Shown: positions 13,801 to 22,249 of the stretch, in pieces
Layout: each line of letters begins with the position of its first letter
How positions within the stretch are numbered: the first letter of the stretch is position 1
The notes under the pieces: generated by a model
Databases searched by the model: none
Told to the model about the DNA's origin: nothing
The model's input: the letters and a program-made list of their open reading frames with translations, nothing else
Position numbers and translations under genes: made by a program
From: Phycicoccus sp.
GTDB lineage: Bacteria > Actinomycetota > Actinomycetes > Actinomycetales > Dermatophilaceae
NCBI GenBank assembly: GCA_035702545.1
Contig: DASSQJ010000159.1
Span: 1 to 25,549, forward strand
Direction: 5' to 3'
Length of the DNA: 25,549 nt

Positions 13801-13867
13801 GGGCTCGCGGCGCCGGCCCCGCAGGAGCAGCCGGCACTCGGGGCGCCGTGGTCCCGTGAGCGCCGGG

Positions 13868-14683
13868 TCAGGTCGTCAGCGGGGCGTGGCGGTTGACGTC
13901 CTTGTACAGCAGGTACCGGAACGGTCCGGGTCCGCCGGCGTAGCAGGCCTGCGGGCAGAACGCGCGCAGCCACATGAAGTCGCCCGCCTCGACCTCGACC
14001 CAGTCCGTGTTGAGCAGGTAGACGGCCTTGCCCTCGAGGACGTAGAGCCCGTGCTCCATGACGTGGGTCTCCGGGAACGGGATGGCGCCCCCGGGCTGGA
14101 AGGTGACGATGTTGACGTGCATGTCGTGGCGGAGGTCGTCGACGTCGACGAACCGGGTCGTCGACCAGGCGCCGTCGGTCCCCGGCATCCCGGCGGGCTC
14201 GACCTCGCGCTCGTGCGTCACGAAGGCCGGGGGCGCGCCGAGCCCGTCGACCGGCCGGTAGGCCTTGCGGATCCAGTGGAACGTCGCCGTGTCGCGGGTC
14301 GGGTTGTGCACCTGCCACGACGAGGAGGGGGGGATGTAGGCGTAGCCGCCCGGGCCCATCGGGTGCGGCTGCCCGTCGAGCGTCAACGTGACGGACCCAC
14401 CGACGACGAAGAGGACGCCCTCGGCTGCGGGGTCCGGCTCGGGGCGGTCCGCGCCCCCACCGGGAGCGACCTCGACGAGGTACTGGCTGAAGGTCTCCGC
14501 GAACCCCGACAGGGGGCGCGCCAGGACCCACAGCCGGGTCCGCTCCCACCCGGGGAGGTACGAGGCGGTGATGTCGCTGAGGGTGCGCCCCGGGATGACC
14601 GCATAGGCCGTCGTGAAGACGGCGCGGTCCGTGGTGAGCGCGGTCTGGGGCGGCAGTCCGCCCCGGGCGACGTGGTAGCTCAT
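13868..14683 (-). CDS. Allantoin-catabolism bicupin (bifunctional allantoicase/(S)-ureidoglycine aminohydrolase type)
   Basis: GGLPPQT..TTDRAVFTTAYAVIP, LWVLARPLSGFAETFSQY, HDMHVNIVTF, ETHVMEHGLYVLEGK and YLLYKDVNRH. ATGA overlap with allB, RBS GAGGAGAGG. Confidence 0.9.
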   Translation of the reverse strand: MSYHVARGGLPPQTALTTDRAVFTTAYAVIPGRTLSDITASYLPGWERTRLWVLARPLSGFAETFSQYLVEVAPGGGADRPEPDPAAEGVLFVVGGSVTLTLDGQPHPMGPGGYAYIPPSSSWQVHNPTRDTATFHWIRKAYRPVDGLGAPPAFVTHEREVEPAGMPGTDGAWSTTRFVDVDDLRHDMHVNIVTFQPGGAIPFPETHVMEHGLYVLEGKAVYLLNTDWVEVEAGDFMWLRAFCPQACYAGGPGPFRYLLYKDVNRHAPLTT

Positions 14684-16017
14684 CGGTGTCCTCTCCTCAG
14701 CAGTCGTCCGCGGGGCGCGGCCTCGTCGACGGGACGTCCGCGCAGCCAGGTCTCCCGGACCACGCCGGTGAGCCGCCGACCGTCGTAGGCGCAGACCGGG
14801 TTCCGGTGGTGCAGCCTCGCTGCGTCGACGGTCAGCGGCTCGTCCGGGGCGAAGCGCACGAGGTCGGCGTCCGCGCCGACCTCGATCCGACCCTTGTGGG
14901 TGAGGCCGACCCGGTCGGCCGGGCCACGGGCCATCCACCCGACGACGTCGGCGAGCGAGTGACCACGGTCCCGGGCTCCGGTCCACACGGCCGGCAGGGC
15001 GAGCTGGAGGGACGCGATGCCACCCCAGGCGAGACCGAAGTCCCCGCCGCCCTCCGCCTTGAGCTCGGCCGTGCACGGCGAGTGGTCGGAGACGACCAGG
15101 TCGACCTCGCCGGCGCCGAGAGCCTCCCAGAGCCGCTCCCGGTTGGCGGCCTCGCGGATCGGTGGGCAGCACTTGAGCTCGGTGGCACCGTCCGGGACGT
15201 GCTCGGCGTCGAAGGTCAGGTAGTGCGGACAGGTCTCGACGCTGACGTCGGTGCCGGCGGCCCGCGCCTCGCGGAGGAGGGGGACGGCGCCCGCGCTGCT
15301 CAGGTGCGCGATGTGTACCCGGCCGCCCGCGGCGGATGCCTCGCGGAGGACCCGGGCGATCGCGGCGTCCTCCGCGGCGGGCGGGCGGGACGCGAGGAAG
15401 CCGGCGTAGCGCCGTCCGGTCAGTGCTCCGGGGTCGAGCCGGTCGCCGTCCTCGGCGTGCACCATGAGCAACGCGCCGAGGGCCGCCGTCCCCCGGACGG
15501 CGGCGGCGAACCCCGTCGGGTCGAGGTGCCCGAACTCGGCGACCCCCGAGTCGACGAGGAAGCACTTGAACCCGAACACCCCCTCGTGGTGCAGGGGCGC
15601 GAGGTCGTCGAGGTTCCCGGGGACCGCGCCGCCCCAGAAGCCGACGTCGATCCCCACCCGGCCCGTGGCCACCCGCCGCTTCTCGGCGAGCGCGGCCACC
15701 GTCGTGGTCGGGGGGACGGAGTTGAGCGGCATGTCGAGGATGGTCGTCACGCCCCCGGCGGCTGCCGCCCGGGTGGCGCTCTCGAAGCCCTCCCACTCGG
15801 TGCGGCCCGGCTCGTTGACGTGCACGTGGGTGTCGACGAGCCCGGGCAGCAGGACCTCGTCGTCGTCGAGGGTGACGACGCGCCGCGCCATGGGAACCGC
15901 GTCGTAGGCGGTGATCGTCGCGACCTGCTGGCCGGCGACACCGACGGCGGCCGGGGCCTCGGACCCGTCGAGGACGACGCGTCGGGCCCGGACGACGACG
16001 TCGAGCTCAGCTGCCAC
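14680..16017 (-). CDS. allB: Allantoinase
   Basis: PGLVDTHVHVNEPGRTEWEGF, AAAAGGVT..DMPLNSVP, FKCFL, HIAHLS, ETCPHYL, KCCPPIR and VSDHSP amidohydrolase motifs, in a purine-catabolic operon. GTG start at 16017 is inferred. Confidence 0.93.
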   Translation of the reverse strand: MAAELDVVVRARRVVLDGSEAPAAVGVAGQQVATITAYDAVPMARRVVTLDDDEVLLPGLVDTHVHVNEPGRTEWEGFESATRAAAAGGVTTILDMPLNSVPPTTTVAALAEKRRVATGRVGIDVGFWGGAVPGNLDDLAPLHHEGVFGFKCFLVDSGVAEFGHLDPTGFAAAVRGTAALGALLMVHAEDGDRLDPGALTGRRYAGFLASRPPAAEDAAIARVLREASAAGGRVHIAHLSSAGAVPLLREARAAGTDVSVETCPHYLTFDAEHVPDGATELKCCPPIREAANRERLWEALGAGEVDLVVSDHSPCTAELKAEGGGDFGLAWGGIASLQLALPAVWTGARDRGHSLADVVGWMARGPADRVGLTHKGRIEVGADADLVRFAPDEPLTVDAARLHHRNPVCAYDGRRLTGVVRETWLRGRPVDEAAPRGRLLRRGHR

Positions 16018-16312
16018 GGTAGGTGGAGTAGCCGTAGGGGCTGAGGAGGAGCGGCACGTGGTAGCGCTCGTCGGCCCCGTCGAGCGTGACGACGACGACG
16101 ACCTCGGGGTATAACCCGCCGCGGTCGCCGAGGTCGAAGCGCAGCACGACCGCGCCGGCGGTCGGGGGGAGGGGCATCGCCGCGACCCGGCCGTCGTCGT
16201 CGGTGACGCCCCGGCCGATGAGCTCACCCTCGCGCGTCTCCGCCCGGACGGGGATGCCGGCGGCGGGCCGGCCCGCCGCCAGGTCGAGGACGTGGGTGGA
16301 CAGGACACTCAC
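16007..16312 (-). CDS. uraH: 5-hydroxyisourate hydrolase (transthyretin-like)
   Basis: LSTHVLD..GRPA, TDDDGR and the C-terminal YHVPLLLSPYGYSTYRGS signature. Confidence 0.95.
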   Translation of the reverse strand: MSVLSTHVLDLAAGRPAAGIPVRAETREGELIGRGVTDDDGRVAAMPLPPTAGAVVLRFDLGDRGGLYPEVVVVVTLDGADERYHVPLLLSPYGYSTYRGS

Positions 16313-16749
16313 AGTGCCGCCTCCAGTCGGAGCAGTGCGATCTCTCGCAGGTTGTCGACGGTCTCGGCCCGCTCGGTGGCCTCGTCGTTGCCGAGCCTGC
16401 GCTCCAGCTCGGCGAGGACCTCGTCGGCGTCACGGCCCGCCGCGCGGATGAGGAAGACCCGCCCGAAGCGGGCCTCGTACGCCGCGTTGCCGGCCGCCAG
16501 GCGGGCCCGGACGTGCGCCGACGTCCCCACCCCGGCCTGCTCGCGCTGGGACTGCGCGCCGCCGCGCTCGCCGATCCGGGGATGACCGGCGAGGGCCTGC
16601 ACGAGCTCGTCGTCGGTGAGCACCTGCGCCGCGCGGTCGGCGGCGGCGAGGAGGGCTGCCCGCGACTCGTACGGCTGCCCCGCCAGCACGTCGTCGACCC
16701 ACCGGGGCACCGCGAGGCAGGAGGTGAGCACCTCCGGCGTCGTCCGCAT
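16309..16749 (-). CDS. uraD: OHCU decarboxylase
   Basis: ALAGHPRIGE, SQREQAGV, NAAYEARFGRVFLIRAAGR and LREIALLRL. Located between uricase and HIU hydrolase. Confidence 0.93.
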   Translation of the reverse strand: MRTTPEVLTSCLAVPRWVDDVLAGQPYESRAALLAAADRAAQVLTDDELVQALAGHPRIGERGGAQSQREQAGVGTSAHVRARLAAGNAAYEARFGRVFLIRAAGRDADEVLAELERRLGNDEATERAETVDNLREIALLRLEAAL

Positions 16750-17636
16750 CAGCAGAACCCCGCGACGCCGAGCCAGGCGTCCGCAGCGGGTCGGGCACCG
16801 TCGCGCAGGACCTCGGCCTCGATGAGCCCGTAGGGACGGTCGGCGGCGATGAACACCTCACCGTCGTTGGTGAGGTCCTCGACGCGGAAGCCGCTGAAGT
16901 CGACGAGGAAGTGGTGCTTGTTGGGTGCCGAGAAGCGCACTTCGGACACCGACGGCTCCGCGTCGAGGACGGCGCAGCCCATGGCGTAGAGCGTCTCCTG
17001 GAGGGCGTGCGAGTAGGTGGCCGCGAACGTCCCCGTCAGGGTCGAGAGGACGGCCCGGTACGAGTCGTTCCAGTCCACTCCCTCGGCGCTCGAGTGCCGC
17101 CACCGAGCGACGAGTGACGTGGACAGGATCCGATCGTCCGTCTCGGCGAGCGTGGTGAACTCGTCCTTGAGGAACCCCTTGAACTCCGAGCCGGTCGAGC
17201 TGAGCACGACGAGGTCGCGCAGCCCCGAGACGACGTGGGTCTCGTCGCGGCCCACGGTCACCACCGCGGTGCGGACCGGGCCGCCACGCCGGATGAACGA
17301 GTGGTCCCCCAGCCGGTCCCAGTCGTGCTGCTCGACGCGCACGTCCGCGTGCGTGGCCGCCGGGCACGCGTCGAGCAGGCGCCGGCCGAGCGCGAGCCCG
17401 TAGTCCTCCGGCGACTCGATGCCGTGCAGCTTGGCGTAGGCGAAGGCGGTGTTCTTCTGGGTGTCGGTCGGGAGGACGGCCGCCTGGTTCCCCTCGGTGT
17501 GGGCGGCCGCGAACTCGCCTCGGAGCGAGGTCGACACCGTGAGGTCGCGGATCTCGTGGCGCGCCGTGTCCCGGACGATGCGGACGACCCGGCTCTCGGC
17601 CTTGCCGTACCGGTTGGCTCCGAGGGTGTGGGCCAT
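16749..17636 (-). CDS. pucL: Factor-independent urate oxidase (uricase)
   Basis: NRYGKAE, VLPTDTQKNT, STGSEFKGF, TDDRILST, LQETL, PNKHHF and DRPYGLIEA. Confidence 0.95.
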   Translation of the reverse strand: MAHTLGANRYGKAESRVVRIVRDTARHEIRDLTVSTSLRGEFAAAHTEGNQAAVLPTDTQKNTAFAYAKLHGIESPEDYGLALGRRLLDACPAATHADVRVEQHDWDRLGDHSFIRRGGPVRTAVVTVGRDETHVVSGLRDLVVLSSTGSEFKGFLKDEFTTLAETDDRILSTSLVARWRHSSAEGVDWNDSYRAVLSTLTGTFAATYSHALQETLYAMGCAVLDAEPSVSEVRFSAPNKHHFLVDFSGFRVEDLTNDGEVFIAADRPYGLIEAEVLRDGARPAADAWLGVAGFC

Positions 17637-18914
17637 CTAGACCTCCTGGGGTCGGTGGTGGGCGAGCGCACGAAGGTCGGCCCGACCGAGGCCCGCGCCG
17701 GCCTCGACCTCGCGCTCCTCGACGGCACCACAGTCGAGGCCGCGCAGCAGGTACGTGGCGAGGGCGCGCGCCGTGGCGGGCTCGTCGGCGATCGTCGCCA
17801 TCGTCCGCGCCCGGTAGTCGGCGAGACGGGCGAGGGCACCAGCAAGCCCTTCGCGGTAGAAGGAGTACGTCGCGGCGTACCGCGTCGGCAGCTGCGCCGG
17901 GTGGAGGTCCCACCCCTGGGGGAACCCCCGCTCCAGGGAGCGCCGGACGAGGCGGTGGTGGGTGGCCCAGCCGTGGGCGACGGCGTCGGCACCCCCGACG
18001 GGGAGGATGTTGGTGGACCCGTCCGAGAGCCGGACGCCGGTCCCCGCGGCCGCGGCCTGCATGACGAGCTTGGCGTGGTCGGCCACCGGGTGCTCGAGCG
18101 ACTGCTGGCCGGCGGCGATCCCGCAGGACGCGGAGTAGTCGTAGGTGCCGTAGTGCAAACCGGTGAGGCGCGGGCCGGCGGCGTGCACCATCCGGGCGAC
18201 GAGCGCCGTGCCGTCGGGCCCGAGGACCGACTGGGGTGTCTCCACCTGCACCTCGAACCGCAGGACTCCCGGGCGCAGCCCGAACGCCTCCTCGAGGCGC
18301 CCGCACGCGTGCACCATCGCGTCGACCTGGTCGACGCTCGTCACCTTCGGGAGCGTCACCACCCAGTTCTCCAGGCTCGCCCCGAGCTCGACGAGGGCAC
18401 CGACGTGGGCGGTCAGCGTCCGCACCGCGCGTTCCCGGGTCGGGCGCTCGAGGCACTTGACGCGGATGCCTCCGAACGGCGCGGCGCATCCGCGGACCTG
18501 CGCCTGGGCCATCGCCACCGCGGCCCGGACGGCATCGGCGTCCTCGTCGGCGTCGGTGCGCCCGACGTAGCCGTCCTCGAAGTCGACGCGGACGTCCTCG
18601 ACCGGCTCACGGCCGAGCTTGTCGCGGACGCGCGCCACCACGTCCGCGTCGGCGACGAGGGCGGCGAACGCGTCGGCGTGCGCGTCGAGGGTCGTCAGCG
18701 CCTCCCGCCCCCACGTGGGCACGGTGTCGACGCCGAAGCGGTCGGCCGGCACGTACACCGTGTGCACCGGCTGCCTGCCCTCGCGTTCGCCGGGGTAGGA
18801 CGCGGCCCGGGCCGCGTCGGCGGCCGCGAGGCGCGCGTCGAGGTCGGCGGTCAGCGAGGTGGCGAGCGCCGCTGCGAGCGCGGCGGCCGAGGGACCGGCG
18901 GTGGGGTCGGTCAT
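17637..18914 (-). CDS. HpcH/HpaI aldolase / citrate-lyase-beta (CitE)-fold protein, function unassigned
   Basis: [45 protein letters not shown] and [11 protein letters not shown] correspond to CitE-like DLED/PKV/ET/G..D motifs. ATG at 18914 overlaps the glcB TGA, and its TAG abuts the uricase ATG. Confidence 0.8.
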   Translation of the reverse strand: MTDPTAGPSAAALAAALATSLTADLDARLAAADAARAASYPGEREGRQPVHTVYVPADRFGVDTVPTWGREALTTLDAHADAFAALVADADVVARVRDKLGREPVEDVRVDFEDGYVGRTDADEDADAVRAAVAMAQAQVRGCAAPFGGIRVKCLERPTRERAVRTLTAHVGALVELGASLENWVVTLPKVTSVDQVDAMVHACGRLEEAFGLRPGVLRFEVQVETPQSVLGPDGTALVARMVHAAGPRLTGLHYGTYDYSASCGIAAGQQSLEHPVADHAKLVMQAAAAGTGVRLSDGSTNILPVGGADAVAHGWATHHRLVRRSLERGFPQGWDLHPAQLPTRYAATYSFYREGLAGALARLADYRARTMATIADEPATARALATYLLRGLDCGAVEEREVEAGAGLGRADLRALAHHRPQEV

Positions 18915-21097
18915 CGGCGGACCGGCCCTCGGGCGGACTTCACGGCCCGGCGGTGCCGGTGGAGGATCGGCTCGGTGTAGCCGGACGGCTGGTCGAGCCC
19001 CTCGAGGACGAGGGCGCGGGCCGCGGCGAACGCCTCGCCGTCGTACGTCGGTCCCATCGGCAGGTAGCCCTCCCCGGCCTGCTGGCGGTCCACGACGTCG
19101 GCCATCCGGCGCAGCGACTCCTCGACCTCGAGGGCGGTGACGACGCCGTGGTGCAGCCAGTTGGCGACGTGCTGGCTGGAGATGCGGCACGTCGCCCGGT
19201 CCTCCATGAGCGCGGTGCCGTGGATGTCCGGGACCTTGGAGCAGCCGACGCCGTCGTCCACCCATCGCTTCACGTAGCCGAGGATGCCCTGCAGGTTGTT
19301 CTCGAGCTCGGCGACCCGCTCGTCGGGCGACCAGGACGGGTCGTCGGCCAGGGGCACGGTGAGCAGCTGCTCGAGCGTCGTCCGTCGCCCGCCCGCCAGG
19401 TCGCGCTGACGAGCCGCGACGTCGACCCGGTGGTAGTGGAGGGCGTGCAGCGTCGCCGCGGTGGGTGAGGGCACCCAGGCGCACGAGGCGCCGGCCTCCG
19501 GGTGGGCGACCTTCTCCTCGAGCATCGCGGCCATCTCGTCCGGCATCGCCCACATGCCCTTGCCGATCTGCGCCCGACCGCGGAAGCCGCACGCGAGGCC
19601 GATGTCGACGTTCTGGGCCTCGTAGGCGCGGATCCACTCGGTCGACCTCATCTCGCCCTTGCGGATCATCGGGCCGCCGTGCATCGAGGTGCGCAGCTCG
19701 TCGCCCGTCCGGTCGAGGAAGCCGGTGTTGATGAAGGCGACCCGCCCCCGTGCCTCGTGGATGCAGGCCTTGAGGTTGGCCGAGGTGCGTCGCTCCTCGT
19801 CCATGATGCCGAGCTTGACCGTGCCCCTCCGCAGCCCGAGCAGGTCCTCGACGGCCGCGAGGAGGTCGTCGGTGAAGCGGACCTCCTCCGGGCCGTGCAT
19901 CTTCGGCTTCACGACGTACACCGACCCGGCCCTCGAGTTGCGCAGCGTGTTCCGGCGCTGGACGTCGACGAGGCTGCCCAGGGCGGTCATGACGGCGTCG
20001 AGGATGCCCTCCGGCACCTCGTCGCCGTCACGGTCGAGGACCGCGTCGGTCGTCATCAGGTGGCCGACCTGGCGGACGAACATCAAGGAGCGGCCGGGGA
20101 GGACGACGGGGCCGTCGGGGCCCTCGTAGTGGCGGTCCGGTGCGAGTCGTCGGGTGAACGAGGTCCCCTCCTTGGTCACCTCGGCGCTGAGCGTCCCGCG
20201 GTTGAGGAGCAGCCAGTTGCGGTAGCAGGCGACCTTGTCCTCGGGGTCGACGGCCGCGACGGAGTCCTCGAGGTCCATGATCGTCGAGACCGCGGCCTCG
20301 AGCAGGACGTCCCTGACGCCGGCCGGGTCGTCCCTGCCGACCGGGTCGGCGCGGTCCACCTGGATCTCGACGTGCAGGCCGTGGTGCACGAGCAGGACCG
20401 CGTCCGGCGCGCGGGCGTCGCCCCGGTGGCCGACGAACAGCGTCGGGTCGGCGAGTCCGGTCCTGCCGTCGGGCAGCTCGACCCCGAGGACGCCGTCGGC
20501 CACGCCGTAGCCCTGCGCCTCGGCGTGGCTCCCCCGCGCGAGCGGGAAGTGCTCGTCGAGGAAGGCGCGGGCCCACGCGATGACGACCGCGCCGCGGGCC
20601 GGGTTGTACGACGCCCCGCGCTCGAGGCCGGGCTCCTCCGCCAGGACGTCGGTCCCGTAGAGCGCGTCGTACAACGAGCCCCACCGTGCGTTCGCCGCGT
20701 TGACGGCGAAGCGGGCGTTGAGCACCGGCACGACGAGCTGCGGCCCGGCCACGAGCGCGACCTCCTCGTCGACGTCGTGCGTGTCGATCGAGAAGTCGGG
20801 CGGCTCGTCGACGAGGTACCCGATGTCGCGCAGCCACCGGACGTGGTCCGCCTGGTCACGGACCGGGCCGGGGTGGGTGAGGTGCCACGCGTCGAGCTGC
20901 TCCTGCAGCCGGGCCCGGCGGGAGAGGAGGTCACGGTTGCGAGGGGTGAAGTCCGCGAGGACCTGCTCGAGCCCGCTCCAGAACGCGCCCTCGTCGATCC
21001 CCGACCCCGGCAGCGCCTCGTCGCGGACGAACGCGTGGAGCACCTCGGCGACCTGCAGCCCACCGACGCCGACCCGGCCCTGTCCCGGTGCGGTCAT
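18911..21097 (-). CDS. glcB: Malate synthase G
   Basis: [83 protein letters not shown] and LMEDRAT. 728 aa from the ATG at 21097, RBS GGGAGGGAGG. Confidence 0.96.
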   Translation of the reverse strand: MTAPGQGRVGVGGLQVAEVLHAFVRDEALPGSGIDEGAFWSGLEQVLADFTPRNRDLLSRRARLQEQLDAWHLTHPGPVRDQADHVRWLRDIGYLVDEPPDFSIDTHDVDEEVALVAGPQLVVPVLNARFAVNAANARWGSLYDALYGTDVLAEEPGLERGASYNPARGAVVIAWARAFLDEHFPLARGSHAEAQGYGVADGVLGVELPDGRTGLADPTLFVGHRGDARAPDAVLLVHHGLHVEIQVDRADPVGRDDPAGVRDVLLEAAVSTIMDLEDSVAAVDPEDKVACYRNWLLLNRGTLSAEVTKEGTSFTRRLAPDRHYEGPDGPVVLPGRSLMFVRQVGHLMTTDAVLDRDGDEVPEGILDAVMTALGSLVDVQRRNTLRNSRAGSVYVVKPKMHGPEEVRFTDDLLAAVEDLLGLRRGTVKLGIMDEERRTSANLKACIHEARGRVAFINTGFLDRTGDELRTSMHGGPMIRKGEMRSTEWIRAYEAQNVDIGLACGFRGRAQIGKGMWAMPDEMAAMLEEKVAHPEAGASCAWVPSPTAATLHALHYHRVDVAARQRDLAGGRRTTLEQLLTVPLADDPSWSPDERVAELENNLQGILGYVKRWVDDGVGCSKVPDIHGTALMEDRATCRISSQHVANWLHHGVVTALEVEESLRRMADVVDRQQAGEGYLPMGPTYDGEAFAAARALVLEGLDQPSGYTEPILHRHRRAVKSARGPVRR

Positions 21098-21157
21098 CGC
21101 GCCCTCCCTCCCGAGCCTCGGCGCCCGGGTCTCGGGTCGACGGATCGGCAAGGACTC

Positions 21158-21186
21158 AACGTCCCTGACCAGCGACTCCTTGTCAA
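21158..21186 (-). promoter_or_regulatory. Housekeeping-sigma promoter of the glcB-uricase operon
   Basis: Minus strand TTGACA-N17-GACGTT: a perfect -35 and an nAnnnT -10, about 60 nt upstream of the glcB ATG. Confidence 0.7.
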
Positions 21187-21192
21187 CGCCCC

Positions 21193-21214
21193 GGCGCACC
21201 CCCGCGGGTGCGCC
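21193..21214 (-). terminator. Hairpin between the NTF2-like gene and the glcB promoter
   Basis: GGCGCACCC-N4-GGGTGCGCC, a perfect 9-bp stem 15 nt after the stop at 21230. No U-tract. Confidence 0.5.
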
Positions 21215-21229
21215 CACCCGCGCGCTCGG

Positions 21230-21628
21230 CTACTCCGGCGGGGCGCTGCCGTGGCGGTGGGCCACCCTCCACTCGCCGTCCTCGCGGCGGTAGACCTGGG
21301 TCGCACGCAGTGTGTACGTACGCGGCACGCCGTCGACGGAGGCCGAGGTGTGCTCGAACGCCACCGTGTACGCCGTGTCGCCACGGACCTCGGACTCGAG
21401 CAGCTCGAGCTCGAAGGACGTGCAGTCCGAGAAGCTCGCGGCGAGGTGGGCGAAGAGCTCGTCGAGCTCCTGCTGCCCCATCGCGTTCCGCCAGGCGCCG
21501 AGCACCGTCACCGGGTCCCTGCGCGACCAGAGAGCACGCCGCGGCCCTGCGTCCCCGTCGTGGATGGCGACCTCCGCGTCCCGGAGGTCGGACCGCACCC
21601 ACGCGATGAACTCCTCGTGCTCGGTCAT
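21230..21628 (-). CDS. NTF2/SnoaL-like (DUF4440-type) protein
   Basis: 132 aa with GDTAYTVAFEH and TLRATQVYRREDGEWRVAHRHGS, typical of the NTF2-like C-terminus. GACGAT-N7-ATG start. Confidence 0.85.
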   Translation of the reverse strand: MTEHEEFIAWVRSDLRDAEVAIHDGDAGPRRALWSRRDPVTVLGAWRNAMGQQELDELFAHLAASFSDCTSFELELLESEVRGDTAYTVAFEHTSASVDGVPRTYTLRATQVYRREDGEWRVAHRHGSAPPE

Positions 21629-21739
21629 GGGGCCGATCGTCCCACCGGTGTGAGGTTCCAGCCAGAGGCGGCGGGGCCGGTGCCTTCGAGCGGGATGCTG
21701 GACCCGGGCCGGGTCGTCCCCGGCCGGTCGGAGTGCACC

Positions 21740-22249
21740 ATGAAGGCCGTCGAGGCTGCCGTGCGCGTGGCCACCGGGCAGCCGGGTCCACCGCGGAGTG
21801 GGTGGCTGGCCTTCACCCTCGCGGGAGCGGCCGCGTTCTGGACGACCAACCTCGCCATCTCGCTGACCCCGGTGGCCGCCGCCTACCGCGCGGCGATGTC
21901 GATCGAGTACGTGGCCATGCTCGTCGAGGCAGCCGTGGGCGGCGTCGTCCTCGCGGGCGTCGTGGCGCTGCTGCTCGTGCGGTTCCCGCACCGGGTGCCC
22001 GGCACCGGCCCGGTCAGCAGGGCGATGCTGCTGGCGACCTGCGCACTGGTCGTCGTCACGCTCGCCCTCGAGGTGCCCGCGAAGCTCGGCGCGGATGTCG
22101 ACGACCCCTTCCGGTGGCTCCTCGTCGCCACGGCCTTCAACGCGATCCGCGTGCTTGCCCTCGGCCTCGCCATCGGGCTGGTGGCTCGTGCAGGCGAAGC
22201 CCGGCGCCGGAGCCCCCGGGCGGCAGAGAGCAAGGAGAGAACGTCATGA
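21740..22249 (+). CDS. Hypothetical membrane protein (about 4 TM)
   Basis: C-terminal part of ORF 19502..22249. ATG at 21740 follows GGAG, four hydrophobic stretches are present, and the stop overlaps the next ATG (ATGA). Confidence 0.7.
   Translation: MKAVEAAVRVATGQPGPPRSGWLAFTLAGAAAFWTTNLAISLTPVAAAYRAAMSIEYVAMLVEAAVGGVVLAGVVALLLVRFPHRVPGTGPVSRAMLLATCALVVVTLALEVPAKLGADVDDPFRWLLVATAFNAIRVLALGLAIGLVARAGEARRRSPRAAESKERTS

Noticed and set aside
13808-13848. Possible terminator hairpin after the cupin gene (CGGCGCC...GGCGCCG)
   Set aside because: It needs bulges or a long loop, and such stems are common at this GC content. Not convincing.
21110-21136. Hairpin in the glcB 5' leader (CCCGAG...CTCGGG), possible purine riboswitch
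   Set aside because: The leader is only about 55 nt with a 6-bp stem, and I see no purine or xanthine aptamer consensus.
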